Shown: positions 37,113-50,333 of the stretch, one piece after another | Layout: each line of letters begins with the position of its first letter | How positions within the stretch are numbered: position 1 is the stretch's first letter | From: Octopus sinensis | Taxonomy: Eukaryota | Reading direction: 5' to 3' | DNA: 64,000 nucleotides | Assembly: GCF_006345805.1 (NCBI RefSeq) | Contig: NC_043002.1 | Span: 12,400,001 to 12,464,000, forward strand | The notes under the pieces: model-generated | What the model saw: only the letters and a program-made list of their open reading frames with translations | What the model was told of the DNA's origin: nothing | Database searches by the model: none | Program-made: the position numbers and the translations under genes

Positions 37113-38365
37113 CTGAAATCTGAAACAATTCCACGAGCTGCAAAGATATCAGGGGATTAGCTAACATGTTTCTAGACGCGTGTCGTATTCAATAACGTAT
37201 GATCTGCGAAGAATTCCGCAACTCATTTTCACTTCTGATCGAAAAGTAATGGCGTAAGGGAGATTTACGTACGGATACGCGTGTGCGTGTAAGATGGTGC
37301 ATGTATGTGTCTAGATGTAGATGTGTGAGCTTGTGTTTGTGTGTGAGTGTGCGTGTGTGTGTATTAGTGTGTTTGTGCCTTGTGTATATATTAGAAGTGA
37401 ATCTATATGCACTTATACATCCATATGTACAGTATTCATGTATACTGAGTCGTAATGCAACGTAGGCTGTTTCTATGTATGTATGTATGTATATTTATAC
37501 ATACACATACATATATATATGTAGGTATGTAGAATATATATGTGTGTATATATGTATATGCATATGCTAATATTATGAATATGCACTGATTGTTCATATG
37601 CAATATATCGTTTGGCATTTGCATAACAGCAATCATATGTGTGTGCATGTGTGTGCGTATGTGTGTGTGTGTGTGTGTATGTGTGTGTGTGTGTGTGTGT
37701 ATATATGTGTGTGCGTATGTGTGTATCTAAGTGTGCTATGCACCGATGTGCAAGGTCAAGTCGTGCTGAAGTCATTCACATATGCATCATTAGCTTATAT
37801 GAATGTGTGACTATATTTGTTGCTTTCGTGTGCAGTCACTTACAATACGGTGCGCAGTGGGGATCATGGCTGTTGCATGGTTATGTGTATGCAGGTTGGA
37901 CCTGTTTATGGGTATGGGCTTTGAATGTATACATGTATGCGCGTGTGTGTATATAGCATGTAGAGGGATGCACGTGCGTATTTACGTATTCAGAGCACCA
38001 AGTGCATATTCACGCACACACGTGCATACACACATACATACATATATGTAATATATATATATATATATATATAAAAATATATATATGTGTATGTGTGTAT
38101 ATATATATATATATTTACAAATATAGATATGCATATATACTTACGTATGTTATATATACATACATTATTATAATATATATATTTACATATTACATATAAA
38201 TATCATATATATACACACACTATTATATTATATATATTTATTCACATACATACACACACACACTCACACACTTACACACACACATATATAGATACATATA
38301 TATCTGTATATTATATATCTAATTCTGTATGTATGTAAGTATGTAAATATATATATATGTATATA

Positions 38366-38410
<45 letters not shown>

Positions 38411-38444
38411 GTATATATACACATACATATATATACACACATAC

Positions 38445-38475
<31 letters not shown>

Positions 38476-39424
38476 TGTATATATAATATATATATATATA
38501 TACATACATATATATATATATACACACATACATATATAAATCATATACATACATATGCACACAAGTGTAAGCGCACACGCACGTGGGTGTTAAAGTGTGT
38601 GAAGTTTGTACAACACATTTAATAAGTAGATGAATAAAGAAAAAGAGATTGCAAGAGCATTGTTTAAAATAATCTTTAACATCGAGTACACACACACACG
38701 TTCTCATACACACACGCACATACATATATATACAATAACGCTGCAACAAATACACACATGGAACTAATCTCGTATACACACACTCATGCATCTTTGAGCA
38801 TATATGCACACGCACACACACACACACACACTTGTACCACGTCTTTCTTTGTCGTCATTTGGCTCTTTCATGTTTTCTCTCCAGCATATGATTTCACAAA
38901 CTAAAAGATGTATAAGATATACAATATACACACATACACGCACAAACACACACTCTCAATGTACACAATGCAACACACGCCCACAGCATATAACTTGAAT
39001 GCAATAATGAAGTGGGCGCTAATATTACTGATACAACAAGAAAACCTGTGTTTAGTAATTAAAACTACACCTTGAATAATGAAAGCATTCATTATCCGTG
39101 TAATTTATTCTGGGTAATGTAGTTCTGTTGAGGGCGAGTTAGTTCACAAATCCGGAGGGAACTTGCACAGAGCCAGTGCACCAGTATATGTATATAAGCG
39201 TGTGTGTATATAAAGGAGTATGCCACGGTCTTCCACACAGTTTCTAATCCCTTAAAATCCGGGTTTACATTATCTGACACTTTGCCAAATTTTTCGTGAA
39301 TTTAAATCGAACCAAGAACGAAATAGTTATGAGATCACTTGACATGAAACTGGCTGATCCTGCCACAATCTTTTCCTTAGAATAATCTTCCTTTCATGCT
39401 TCGTTATTATTATTATTATTTCAA

Positions 39425-40230
39425 TGGCGGCAGCGAGTTCGCAGAAACGTTAGCACGCCGGGCGAAATGTGTAGCGGTATTTCGTCTACCGTTACGTTCT
39501 GAGTTCAAATTCCGCCCAGGTCGACTTTGCATTTCATCCTTTCGGGGTCGATCAAATAAGTACCAGTTACGCACTGGGGTCGATAAAATCGACTTAATCC
39601 CTTTGTCTGTCCTTGTTTGTCCTCCTCTGTGTTTAGCCCCTTGTGGGTAGTAAAGAAATAGGTATTTCGTCTGTCTTTGTGTTCTGAGTTCAAATTCCGC
39701 CCAGGTCGACTGTGCCTTTCATCCTTTCGGGGTCGATTAAATAAGTACCAGTTACGCACTGGGCTCGATATAATCGACTAAATCCGTTTGTCTGTCCTTG
39801 TTTATCCTCTCTGTGTTTAGCCCCTTATGGGTAGTAAAGAAATAGGCAATTCGTCTGTCTTTTCGTTCTGAGTTCAAATTCCGCCTAGGCCAATTTTGCA
39901 TTTCATCCATTCGAGTCCGATAAATTAAGGACTACTTGCGTACTGGGGACGATCTAATCGACTGGCCACTCCCACCAACATTTCGAACCTTGTGCCAAGA
40001 GCAGAAAAGATTATTATTATTATTTCAAAGAATGTAGCAGGCTGGCAGAATCGTTAGCGCGTTGATTGAAATGCTTACCGGTATTTCGCCTGTCGCTACG
40101 TTCTGATTTCAAATTCCGCCGAATTTACCTTTCATCGTTTCAGGGTCGATAAAATAAATATCAGTGGAACACTGGGGGTCGATGTAATCGAGTCATCCCC
40201 TTTCCCAAAATTTTGCCAAAAGGTAAAATT
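39425..40230 (+). mobile_element. SINE family B array (2 new-tail units + old-tail unit, then a further old copy)
   Basis: AAAGAAATAGG|TATTTCG and AAAGAAATAGG|CAATTCG junctions. The last array unit ends in the old TTGTGCC tail + (TTA)n, and another copy starts at ~40040. Confidence 0.9.
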
Positions 40231-41304
40231 TGAAACGATTGTTAATATTTAAACGGATTCGTTCTTCTCGATTTTTGATAGGGCGTTTTTAGAACTTCAG
40301 TTGTTAAATTGTTAAACGTAGTAATAAAATGAAGTCAGGTCATGCTCTCAACACAAGCTCATGAGTCGTGCTACTGGCCGACTTTTCGAATGGTGGATGA
40401 GCTCCTTGTGTGCCAACAGCCATCCATTTGGGGAAGACAATAGTTAACCACCGCAGTATTTCCGTCAGCCTTCACGATACATGACAATACATGTGCATGT
40501 ACGATACATGACAACTATAAGCAGCTCAGAGATTTGTCCAACGTACCATTAAATAGTTCATAGGCACAGGTGTGGATGTGTGGTAAGAAGCTTGCTTCCC
40601 AACCACATGGTTCCTGGTTCACTCTCACAAAGGTTTGTCCAACATACTACTAACTAGATTACAGGCGCAGGCGTACCTGTGTAGTAAGAAGCTTGCTTCT
40701 CAATCATATCCCGCCCCAGAGGAAGACGAATTATTGGTCTTCTTCTATAGAGGTGGAGAGGTAGAAAAGATGGTAGAAATGCACCATAAGGGAGCACCTT
40801 TAGCCTGCACACAGGATCCCGAATGGCCTCGGGAGATAGCTGTGGAGGTCATAATGTTGCCCGTGAGAAATAGGCTGAAGGGACTCAATGAGGAATATCG
40901 CTTGTATCCGGGCGACGCCGACATGGCACCCTCTTTGATCTTGAATGAAGCGTAGGTGATGGTGGAGTATGCGAGCACAAGCGACGTTGAGGATAAATAG
41001 TGATAAGAGGTTGAAAAGCCTCAGTGTTATTGAAAGTTCCTAGTTTGGAAAGAAGGTTAAGAGGCTTAGCGCCACATTTTGTTATTGAATTTTGTTATTA
41101 AATATTGTGAACAGTGTAGAGGTTTGTTGCCTCATGAACAATATACAAGAGATCAATGTTCTCGGGAAAAATCGATCGGCGAGCGTCGTTTCCCCCCCCC
41201 CCCCATTAATCATCATTTTCATTTTCATTTCATATAACGTTATGTCTACGTCCAGCCCGCAGCTTCGTTTCTCTGTGTAAGGCCTTATGGCCAATATAAT
41301 GAAA

Positions 41305-41610
41305 TAAAGAAGCTTGCTCCTCAGTCACATGGTTCCTGGTTTAGTCTCATTGGGTGGCATCTTGGGAAAGTGTTTTTTACTATAACCTCAGGATTTGGTA
41401 GACGGAAACTCAAAGAAGCCTGTCTTATGCATATATACGTATATATGTGTGTCTGTGTTTCTCCCCCTGCCATCGCTTCATAACCGATGCCGGTGTGTTT
41501 ATGTCCCCGTAACATAGCGCTTTGGCAATAGAGGCCGATAGAATAAGCACAAATACTCCAGCGTGGCCACGGTCCAATGACTGAAACAATTAAAAGAAAA
41601 GAAAAAAGAA
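41305..41610 (+). mobile_element. SINE family A, diverged
   Basis: Head, body and TGACTGAAACAATTAAAAG tail recognisable. Confidence 0.8.
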
Positions 41611-42369
41611 AAAAAATATATCAATTTTCCTTAGCTTCGATATTTAACAACATTTCTTTCTAAGAGTGTTGCTCAGATTTCGTTGTATCTCGGGAGGGTC
41701 ATTACACAAACAATAAACACACGCACTGTTTCTCATTCACTTCTTTATTATTGGCGTAAGGACTCTCTCGACATTCAACAAAATCTGTTTCAATGAGTTC
41801 ACACCATGAATCTCGCAAATCGAATATTAAAAGGAAACATTTTAAACTGTACCTCGGTGCAGTATTTCAGAGAATACTTTTGTTTATCTAATGAGTTTAT
41901 TACTCTATTTCTCGGTTATCTTTTTATCGGTACACTTATACACATCCCAGATCTAATTCTTCAGATATTCTCCCTTGGGTCGAAATGGTTATTTGAGTTG
42001 AAGATCTCTCAGTACGTGGAGATTTTCCAAGTGTGTATGGCCAGCTGCACTTTTATGCCGATCTGCACGGTTCTTTGTTCCAACGCGATGTAAATCCCAC
42101 AAGAGTCGACTCTCCTTTCTATTCCTCGACATGAAGGCTGAAAACGATGTATATTATCGCTTGATTCAATATTTATTCCTGAACTTTGCAAAAAAATTTA
42201 TGGGTTTTACCTAAGCTAAGCAAAGCGAATTACAAACAGCCTCGTCCTCCACCCCCACCATCGGCAATATCACATCGTGGTGGTGGCCATCGTCACCTTA
42301 GTAAGATTAGTAACATCAGCCACAACAACAGCAGCAGCAGTCATAATAATAGCAGCAGCAACAGCAGCA

Positions 42370-42450
<81 letters not shown>

Positions 42451-42541
42451 TAGTAGTAGTAGTAGTAGTAGTGATAGCCACTGCGGCAGCAGCAGAAGTG
42501 ATGGTAACAGCAGCAGCAGTCATTGTAGTAGTAGCAGTAGT

Positions 42542-42604
<63 letters not shown>

Positions 42605-44040
42605 CAACAATATTCTTCTTCCTCCTCCTCCACCTCGTCATTGTAGTATTATTCTTCGTCCTCCTCAACACCTCCCGCTTCCCTCTCGTCCTCTTCGTCA
42701 TCGTCCATCATACTCCACCGCATCCCCTCCTCCTCCTCCTCCTCATCATCATCATCATCATCATGATCACCATTCTATATTTTACTACCTTTATAAGTTG
42801 CCAGAAGCGTTGGTCGATTTCATCAAAATTGAACAAATACCGAAACGGTACTCAGCGTCCCATTTTATGAAAAGCACGGCCGATGTATGGAAGGATGTGC
42901 GTGCCATCGACCGAGTTAGGATATCTGAGAGCCGGGATCTAGTCTTCATCAGTGTCCAGTGAACCTACGTGGCTTATTGCTTGACCTGATCATGGATTAA
43001 GCCAGGCAGCAGGCTGGCTAGGTACACTACACAGCTGCTGGAGGGATCGTACTTGAATATTGAGAGTGGTGAAGAACAAGGTTCACACTTAGGGATACTA
43101 GCAGGGACATTGGAGCATAGATCTTCGTTACATTTGAAATAAAGTACGGATAGACCATGACAAAGGTGACGCCAACAGCATATGATTGGGTAGATTCTGC
43201 CTGATATGTGGGCCTCATTGACCTCATAAAGACACCCAAAGCCTTCCCGAGATTATAAATCGTCATACATACGGAAAGATGAAAACGAAAAGTACAGCTA
43301 TTATTCGTATGACTTAAAGAAGATTTTCTTTTATGAGAAGATGTGAAAAGGTATTGTACACGATTAGAGACACCAACTACAAAAATTATATCAGAGGAAG
43401 ACACGACTTCCTTTTTCTAGACACCAGTGATTGCAGCTCCTAAATTGGCCGAAATAATCGTCTACAATGCCATTATACAAAAAAAAATGGGAAGGCCCAT
43501 CTATAGGATTATCCCTCTACACACATATAGGGCCACTCCCAACCTGTAGGACATCTCGTGACAACGAAAAGGGATTGAGAAATGACTGAATGTGGCAAGT
43601 TATCGCGAACGCCAAAATGCAAGAAAGTAAAGAACTTGACCAATTTATATCTAAGCCGTAACAGGGATGAGTGAACGAACATTCGTAGCTTGGTATCAGT
43701 AACAATTCTAAACAAACTCGTTTGATAACCTGGAGGGTCATTCGGACGTTGGGCTAAACAAGAAAAAGCGAAAGTAGGAATTTGTTTCAGTCGCAGCTGT
43801 TTTTAATAAACATGGATGATTGATTTGCCATCCGTTTCAGAGTTAGTGACATTTATTTCTGTTCTTTTAGTTTGAATTATAAATCATTTGATTATATTGT
43901 GTTCATATTTAATTCATTTGTGGAGGTGCAATAGCTCAGTGGTTTGGGCAGCGGACTCGTGGTCATAGGATCGCAGTTTCGACTCGGAAATAAGACACCG
44001 ACAGAATAAGTACCAGACTCTAAAAATAAAACTAAATATT

Positions 44041-44240
44041 GAGATGTACTTGCATAGCAAATGACCTGATCTGAGATCGTGTGCTGAAACAAAAACAATT
44101 ACAGCGTGGAATGTGTTTATAAGCCATTTAAGAAACACACAAAAACCGTTAGATTTACTTCAACATTTAAATTTAATTTGTCAAAATATTTTCGTCGCTT
44201 TGAGACCGTGACCTGTTCACTGAAAAAATTCCGTGCTGCA
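44041..44240 (-). mobile_element. ~200-bp inserted element (possible Penelope pLTR) carrying a variant hammerhead
   Basis: Cleanly interrupts a SINE; the HHR fold lies near its 5' end on the minus strand. Confidence 0.6.
44177..44227 (-). ncRNA. Minimal hammerhead-like fold with G3:C8 core
   Basis: TTTTTCA | GTGAACA-G | GTCAC-GGTCTCAAA-GCGAC | GAAA | ATAT | TT | TGACAAA: stem I 6/7 bp, stem II 4/5 bp, palindromic AATATT. Confidence 0.55.
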
Positions 44241-44667
44241 TCAATCTGTTCGACTAAAACCCTAAAAAGTCGTTCCTCACCATGGTCAACTCTAAGGACT
44301 GAAGAAAGTTAAAGGGAAAAGAGATTACACAATTTTATCATTTATATTCTATTTCATATTTTTCTTTTTTATTTTGAAGGGTATAAAAAGGGTGGATCTA
44401 CGTCCAACAAGTTTCCTTTATTTAGTCGTGTTTTTCTATATTTTTTATTTGTGCTTCTCAGTCAAATTTCTTCTTAAAAAACTTTCATTTTTACGCTTAT
44501 TCTTTAGCTTTTGTTGTTGCCGTTACTGTTGTTGCTGTTGTTGTTGTTGTTGTTGTTTTTGTTGCAATTGTCTTTTCTCGAAATATTTCGAAACTATACA
44601 TTTTTTTTATCCCCCAAAAAAGGAAGAAAAAAAAACTTTATAAGCCAACACCCCTAACCGCACTCAC

Positions 44668-44722
<55 letters not shown>

Positions 44723-44731
<9 letters not shown>

Positions 44732-45300
44732 TAATAATAATAAATGCCCTGATGCAGTACCAGGCAGTGGCTCTCATGGCTTCTGATCTTAACTGATTGG
44801 AAGTGTTATCATGTACATTGTTTTGTCTTGGTATAAAAGATGGGCTAAAGCAAATATTCTGCTCAATACCACAGATTTGCTTGTCAGTTGTTTGACCTTA
44901 ACCAGTTGAGCATGTCCCTTAGTGGCTGACGATATGTGCATCTCTGATCACGAGCAGAAGTAGTGGGGGAGCATCATAGCCATGTGTTGAGAGGGATTCT
45001 TTGGGGTTTGAATAGTTCACCTCTGGAAACATGGGTGGTTCTTTCAACAACCTTAAACAACCCTTATTCGGGGACCTATTGAGCGGGATGGGCTACTCAA
45101 CCTGAAGAAAATTCTAACTGGGCCCCACCTGCAAGGTCATGTGCTGTTTATCTTGATATGAGATCACCATGTCGCGCACATATGGTTGTGATGCATGTAC
45201 CTGGTGTACCTTTATGAGACGGGTAGTCATGATGGGTATATTGGACCTCGTATATTTTACCCCAGTGTCACTTTGATGGCATGAACTGCTCTCTCACTCA
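44723..45300 (+). mobile_element. ~575-bp non-coding retroposon-like element embedded in (AAT)n
   Basis: Unique GC-richer block from ATGCCCTGATGCAGTACCAGGC to CTCTCTCACTC, with (AAT)n on both sides. No ORF. Confidence 0.6.
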
Positions 45301-45389
45301 ATAATAATAATAATAATAATAACAACAACAACAACAACAACAACAACAATAGCAACAACAGCAACGACAGCAAGAAAAATAATAACGAA

Positions 45390-45438
<49 letters not shown>

Positions 45439-45923
45439 TAATAATATAATAATAATAATAATAACAATAATAATAATAACAACAACAACAATAATAGTAG
45501 TGATAATACTTTTACTGGTGCTGCTACTACTACTACAGAACAACAACAACAACAATAAATAAGCGGATAATTGATATTGCTGTTTCTTTTCTGAAAGAAG
45601 CAGACGTATGGAATTTAGTTATAGGTTTATTGCAGGTGCAAGTTGATTAGAATCTTGTGCCGATTGCAAGCAGCATGCCGTTTTGATGTTATCTCTAACC
45701 TAACTACTACTAGTCTGCTAATAGTAAAAACCTGATGGAAAGAAAGCAACATTCTACTGTGTCTACCGTACCATCCGCCAAGCCAGACAGCCATTGAGTG
45801 AGCCAACCAGACAGCCAGTCAGTCAGTGAGCCAACCGGCCGACCAGCCAACCAGTCACCTAGCAATTTCGTAAGTAGAGAGATATTCGAACAGACTAATA
45901 TTAAGTGTAAGGATTACGTGTTT

Positions 45924-46104
45924 ATACATACATACATACATACATACATACATACATACATACATACATACATACATACATGCATGCATGCATACATACA
46001 TAAATGCATGCATACATACATACATACATACATACATGCATACATACATACATGCATACATACATACATACATACATACATGCATACATACATACATACA
46101 TACA

Positions 46105-46137
<33 letters not shown>

Positions 46138-46270
46138 GCATACATACATACATACATGCGTAGATACATACATACATATATACATACATACGTACATACA
46201 TACATACATGCATACATACATACATACATGCATACATGCATACATGCATACATACATACATGCATACATG
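45924..46270. repeat. (CATA)n/(CATG) microsatellite
   Basis: Direct inspection. Confidence 0.95.
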
Positions 46271-46325
46271 CACACATATATGTATATACATATATATATA
46301 TACATACATATATACATCACTACAT

Positions 46326-46376
<51 letters not shown>

Positions 46377-46428
46377 CATACATACATATATGCGTGTATA
46401 CGTGTACATACATATTTGAATAATTATG

Positions 46429-46472
<44 letters not shown>

Positions 46473-46534
46473 CATACATACATATATGCGTGTATACGTG
46501 TACATACATATTTGAATAATTATGTAAATATATA

Positions 46535-46566
<32 letters not shown>

Positions 46567-46584
46567 CACACACATATATATATA

Positions 46585-47380
46585 CAGGGTGTGTAAGGTA
46601 TTTGAGAACATACCTGTTGTGGATCATTACTGAATTTTTGGCTATAATCTTTGTTTCAGACGTTGATAATGGCAGACACTCAGCTTACTCAAGAAATGAA
46701 GAGACATGCTGTTATTGTAGTTAGAAAGGCTGAGCATAGCGATTTAGAAATATTTTGATTTCTAAGAGTTGTCAGATCTTTCGTCTACGAAGTTTGTAAG
46801 GAGCTAGAGACTGAAGATGGAAGCGTATCACCAGAATCATAACATAAAAAGCATTCTAAACGCTCTGAAATCATCAGAACAATTGAATTTATCCAGCAAG
46901 TTCAACAGATCATTGATTACAATCCCAGAAAATCCATGAGGTCAATTGCAAAAGATCTCCATGTGTCAGAAGGAACAGTCAGACATGTTGTTCAAAAGAC
47001 ATCAGATATAAGACTAATATTCATAAGCAAAGGTCAATGTGTCAGATAAAGAAAAAAAAATCACTAAATCAGATCTAAAAGGGTCTTAAACAAACCGAAG
47101 GATCCAGCAGAAAAAGATTTGATTTGGTTCATTTCAAACGAGAAAAATTTCGACCAAGATAAAATAAGTGAACAGAAGAAACGACAGATGGTTATGTGCA
47201 GACCCTTCTCAAGTTAAAAGTGTTATATATAAACAACATTTGCTGCAAATGTTATGGTTTTAGAGGTTGTCAGCAATGAAGGACATGTGGTGCCTCCTTA
47301 CTCCTTTCCATAAGGCCTTAGAGTTAACTCTGCCTCTACATCGAGGTCCTGGAAATAATTGTTAAGCCCTGGATTGAAAG
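46585..47380 (+). mobile_element. maT/DD37D-type transposon 5' remnant
   Basis: TA+CAGGGTG start. From ATG 46669: MADTQLTQEMKRHAVIV...IIDYNPRKSMRSIAKDLHVSEGTVRHVV, later WFISNEKNF. It has in-frame stops and is cut by a SINE at 47383. Confidence 0.82.
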
Positions 47381-47382
47381 TG

Positions 47383-47685
47383 TCGATATAATCGACTTAA
47401 TCCGTTTGTCTGTTCTTGTTTGTCCTCTCTTTGTGTAGCCCCTTGTGGGCGGTAAAGAAATAAGAAACGCTAGCACGCCGGGCGAAATGCTTTGCGGTAT
47501 TTCGTCTGCTTCTACGTTCTGAGTTCAAATTTCGCCGAGGTCGACTTTGCCTTTCATCCTTTCGGGGTCGATAAATTAAGTACCAGTGACGCACTGGAGT
47601 CGATATAATCGACTTAATCCGTTTGTCTGTCCTTGTTTGTCCCCACTGTGTTTAGCCCCTTGTGGGAAGTAAAGAAATAAGAAAT
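47383..47685 (+). mobile_element. SINE family B (partial + full unit)
   Basis: Junction AAAGAAATAAGAAA|CGCTAGC. Confidence 0.9.
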
Positions 47686-47889
47686 CACTTATGCAAGTAA
47701 AGCTTTGCAAGTTGACCAGTCTAATTGAGTACTTCGGCTTCAGGCCTTGGGTATGTTTTTCAAAGAAAAGAATTTAAATATAGATTTCACCTATATGCAT
47801 GTGTATTGTTCTTTCTCAGCATTTTTATAATTTATAAATATTGTGTTATATTCATTGTTTTACATTTATATGTCTATGTATACATATGT

Positions 47890-47939
<50 letters not shown>

Positions 47940-48018
47940 CACACATATGTATGTACGTCATTGTTCAGTTTCATTTTAAGATTTCTTGCCAATAGATATA
48001 GAACCGGTTTCTAACTTA

Positions 48019-49260
48019 CACAGTCATGCAGGAAGTAAATAGACACCTTTAATTTTCAAAATCGTTTATTTAATACGCAAAGCGAACCACTGAAATGTAA
48101 TCGATATGTAGTACTACATACTTTAGTATTTAGTTGACATTCACTTTGCAGTTTTTAATTCAGAAACTCTTTTTGGCATTGAACTGATGAGCTTTGTGAT
48201 TGTCTCTTGTGGAATTTCTGCCCACTTTTCACGCAATAATCGAAACAATTCATCTTTAGATGTAGATTTCTGTTGAGTTTTTCTTATAGCTCTATCTAGT
48301 ATGCTCCAAAGATTTTCAGTTGGGTTCACGTCAGGAGATTGGCTCGGACAAGGAAACTTTTTGTTCCCATTTTCAATCTGCCATTGCTGATTCTTTTTGG
48401 TGTGTGGCATGGAACACCATCATCCATAAATAAAAACTCGTTGTTCGCTATGTTAGCGTGTGAATACATCGGAAGTCGTCCTTGCTTGAGTATTTCGATG
48501 TATTTTTCGGGGTTTATGGTTCCAACACATTCGATCAGCTCAGAATGACCATTGCTGGTGACAGCTCCCCATACCATTACAGAGATACCGCCATGTTTTA
48601 CAGTTGGTTGGAGTCGTTTCAAATCAAATTCTTGATTGGGAAGCCTCCAGACCCAAATACGTCCACTGTTTGAAAATAATGCAAATGTGGATTCATCTGA
48701 GAAAATCAGTCTATCCCAAAATGAACTGGATTTTTCTGACATCTCCTTTGCCCATTTCTTTCTTTTCATGATATTAATTGGTTATGCAGATATGTAACAC
48801 ACGTTCTTGGACTAACTTCTAGCTGTTTTGCAATGTCAGAAGCCTTCGAACGGGATTCACCTTCCACAAATCTCGTCAAACAGTGAAGCTTCGTTTCCGA
48901 GGGCCCAGATCGCCCGGGACGAGAATCTGTTTATTCTTTTCCTTGGCTTTTAAATTGCACTATAATTCTATTAACCGTAGCAAGAGGAATTTGTAAATTT
49001 TCGGCAATTTTTCGCGGGCTAAGACCAGCTTCAGATTGCCCAACAATACGAACTCTTTGAAAATCTGATAATTCTGCTGAATTTTTTGTGTGTGGCATGG
49101 TCACTCTTCGCAAATGTTTAATATAATGGCATCTGGAATGCAAAAAAAAGCCCTAAAACCCAATTATATTGTAAATTCTACACCGCCAAAAACATATTAA
49201 GACGCTTATATCAGACATTTTGAAAATAAAAAATGTCTATTTACTTCCTGCATGTCTGTG
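48019..49260 (-). mobile_element. TIR-complete Tc1 (DD34E-type) transposon with disrupted transposase
   Basis: ~44-bp TIRs CACAGTCATGCAGGAAGTAAATAGACA... and TA at 48017-18 and 49261-62. Fragments: [30 protein letters not shown]...[11 protein letters not shown]...[10 protein letters not shown], and [13 protein letters not shown] after a frameshift. Confidence 0.95.
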
Positions 49261-49441
49261 TAGAGCCAATGATCCTTCATTGGAATTTCAGCATCAACAA
49301 GTATTTTTGTATGTATGTATGTATGTAAGTATGTATTTATGTGTGCAGATTTGTATGTTTTGCTTTATGTATGTATTCTTATTCATATAGTTGCAAATCT
49401 AGACATGTTCATATATATGTATGTATGTATGTGTGTGTTTG

Positions 49442-49472
<31 letters not shown>

Positions 49473-49669
49473 GTATGTATTTATGTGTGCAGATTTGTAT
49501 GTTTTGCTTTATGTATGTATTCTTATTCATATAGTTGCAAATCTAGACATGTTCATATATATGTATGTATGTCTCTTCTAATTTTTAATTATTATAAATC
49601 TTCCCACTGAGGAGGGAGCCGGTTTCCAACAAATATACAAGGCTCCATCTTTGGGATGTTGTTTACACA

Positions 49670-50160
49670 AACAAATTCATATTTGGAACTTTAGAAAAGT
49701 CTTACATATTTTTGCTGTTCCACTCACAGATTGCACTTGTAATGTAGGAATCAGCCGGTCGATTTCTCTTTCTGAAAATCCCAGTTTATCCAGATTCTTC
49801 TTTAAGCATTTACTAACAAAACCTAGTGCTCCAAATATTATTGGTATGAATATGAATTCATAGTCTGGATATAGAAGCTGAAGGTTTCAAAGCAGTTGTC
49901 CATGGATATCCTCTTTTTCTTTGATTTTCATAGAGATATTTATATCTGCAGGGCAGCTGACCTCTATGCTGGTACATATCTTTGCGCTTCTGTCCCAAAC
50001 AACAATATCCGGCTTGTTGTTAACAGAAATTTTGATGGGAATATTCCACCAGTATTCCTTGAGTTGGTGTTTATGAATGTATTCTATTATAGAGGGATGT
50101 TCTAAGTTTATTTCAGGACAGTCTTTTTGGGGGATCGCATTGTAAATTATCTAAGTAACA
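49670..50160 (-). mobile_element. R4/Dong-like non-LTR retrotransposon C-terminus (restriction-like endonuclease)
   Basis: NNKPDIVVWDRSAKICTSIEVSCPADINISMKIKEKED...YPDYEFIFIPIIFGALG, the PD..D/E REL pattern. Confidence 0.78.
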
Positions 50161-50221
50161 AAATCGTGCCGCATAGGGAGGTAGTACTGTGACGACAATT
50201 TAGCACATTTGCTGTATGTGT

Positions 50222-50302
50222 GTATGTATGTATGTATGTATGTATGTATGTATGTATGTATGTATGTATGTATGTATGTATGTATGTATGTATGTATGTA
50301 TG

Positions 50303-50331
<29 letters not shown>
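50222..50331. repeat. (GTAT)n microsatellite
   Basis: Direct inspection. Confidence 0.95.

Positions 50332-50333
<2 letters not shown>

Larger units (their letters stand above)
43921..44330 (+). mobile_element. tRNA-derived SINE (family D head) split by a 200-bp insertion
   Basis: Head GGAGGTGCAATAGCTCAGTGGTTTGGGCAGCGG (cf. 53060-53202). The tail TGTTCGACTAAAACCC...GACTGAAGAAAGTTAAAG resumes after 44240. Confidence 0.7.

Noticed and set aside
40690-41070. GC-richer ORF (ELLVFFYRGG...PEWPREIAVEVIMLPVRNRLK)
   Set aside because: No splice signals or recognisable domain; probably a decayed LINE ORF1 fragment, which I could not verify.
42186-42962. 258-aa ORF with poly-S/V/P/H
   Set aside because: Mostly trinucleotide repeats. 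The C-terminal ~55 aa and 42960-43430 may be a decayed retroelement ORF1, but no motif is firm enough to call.
43590-43680. NLTNLYLSRN, an LRR-like LxxLxLxxN motif
   Set aside because: A motif this short is expected by chance in six frames of 64 kb, and it is bracketed by stops.
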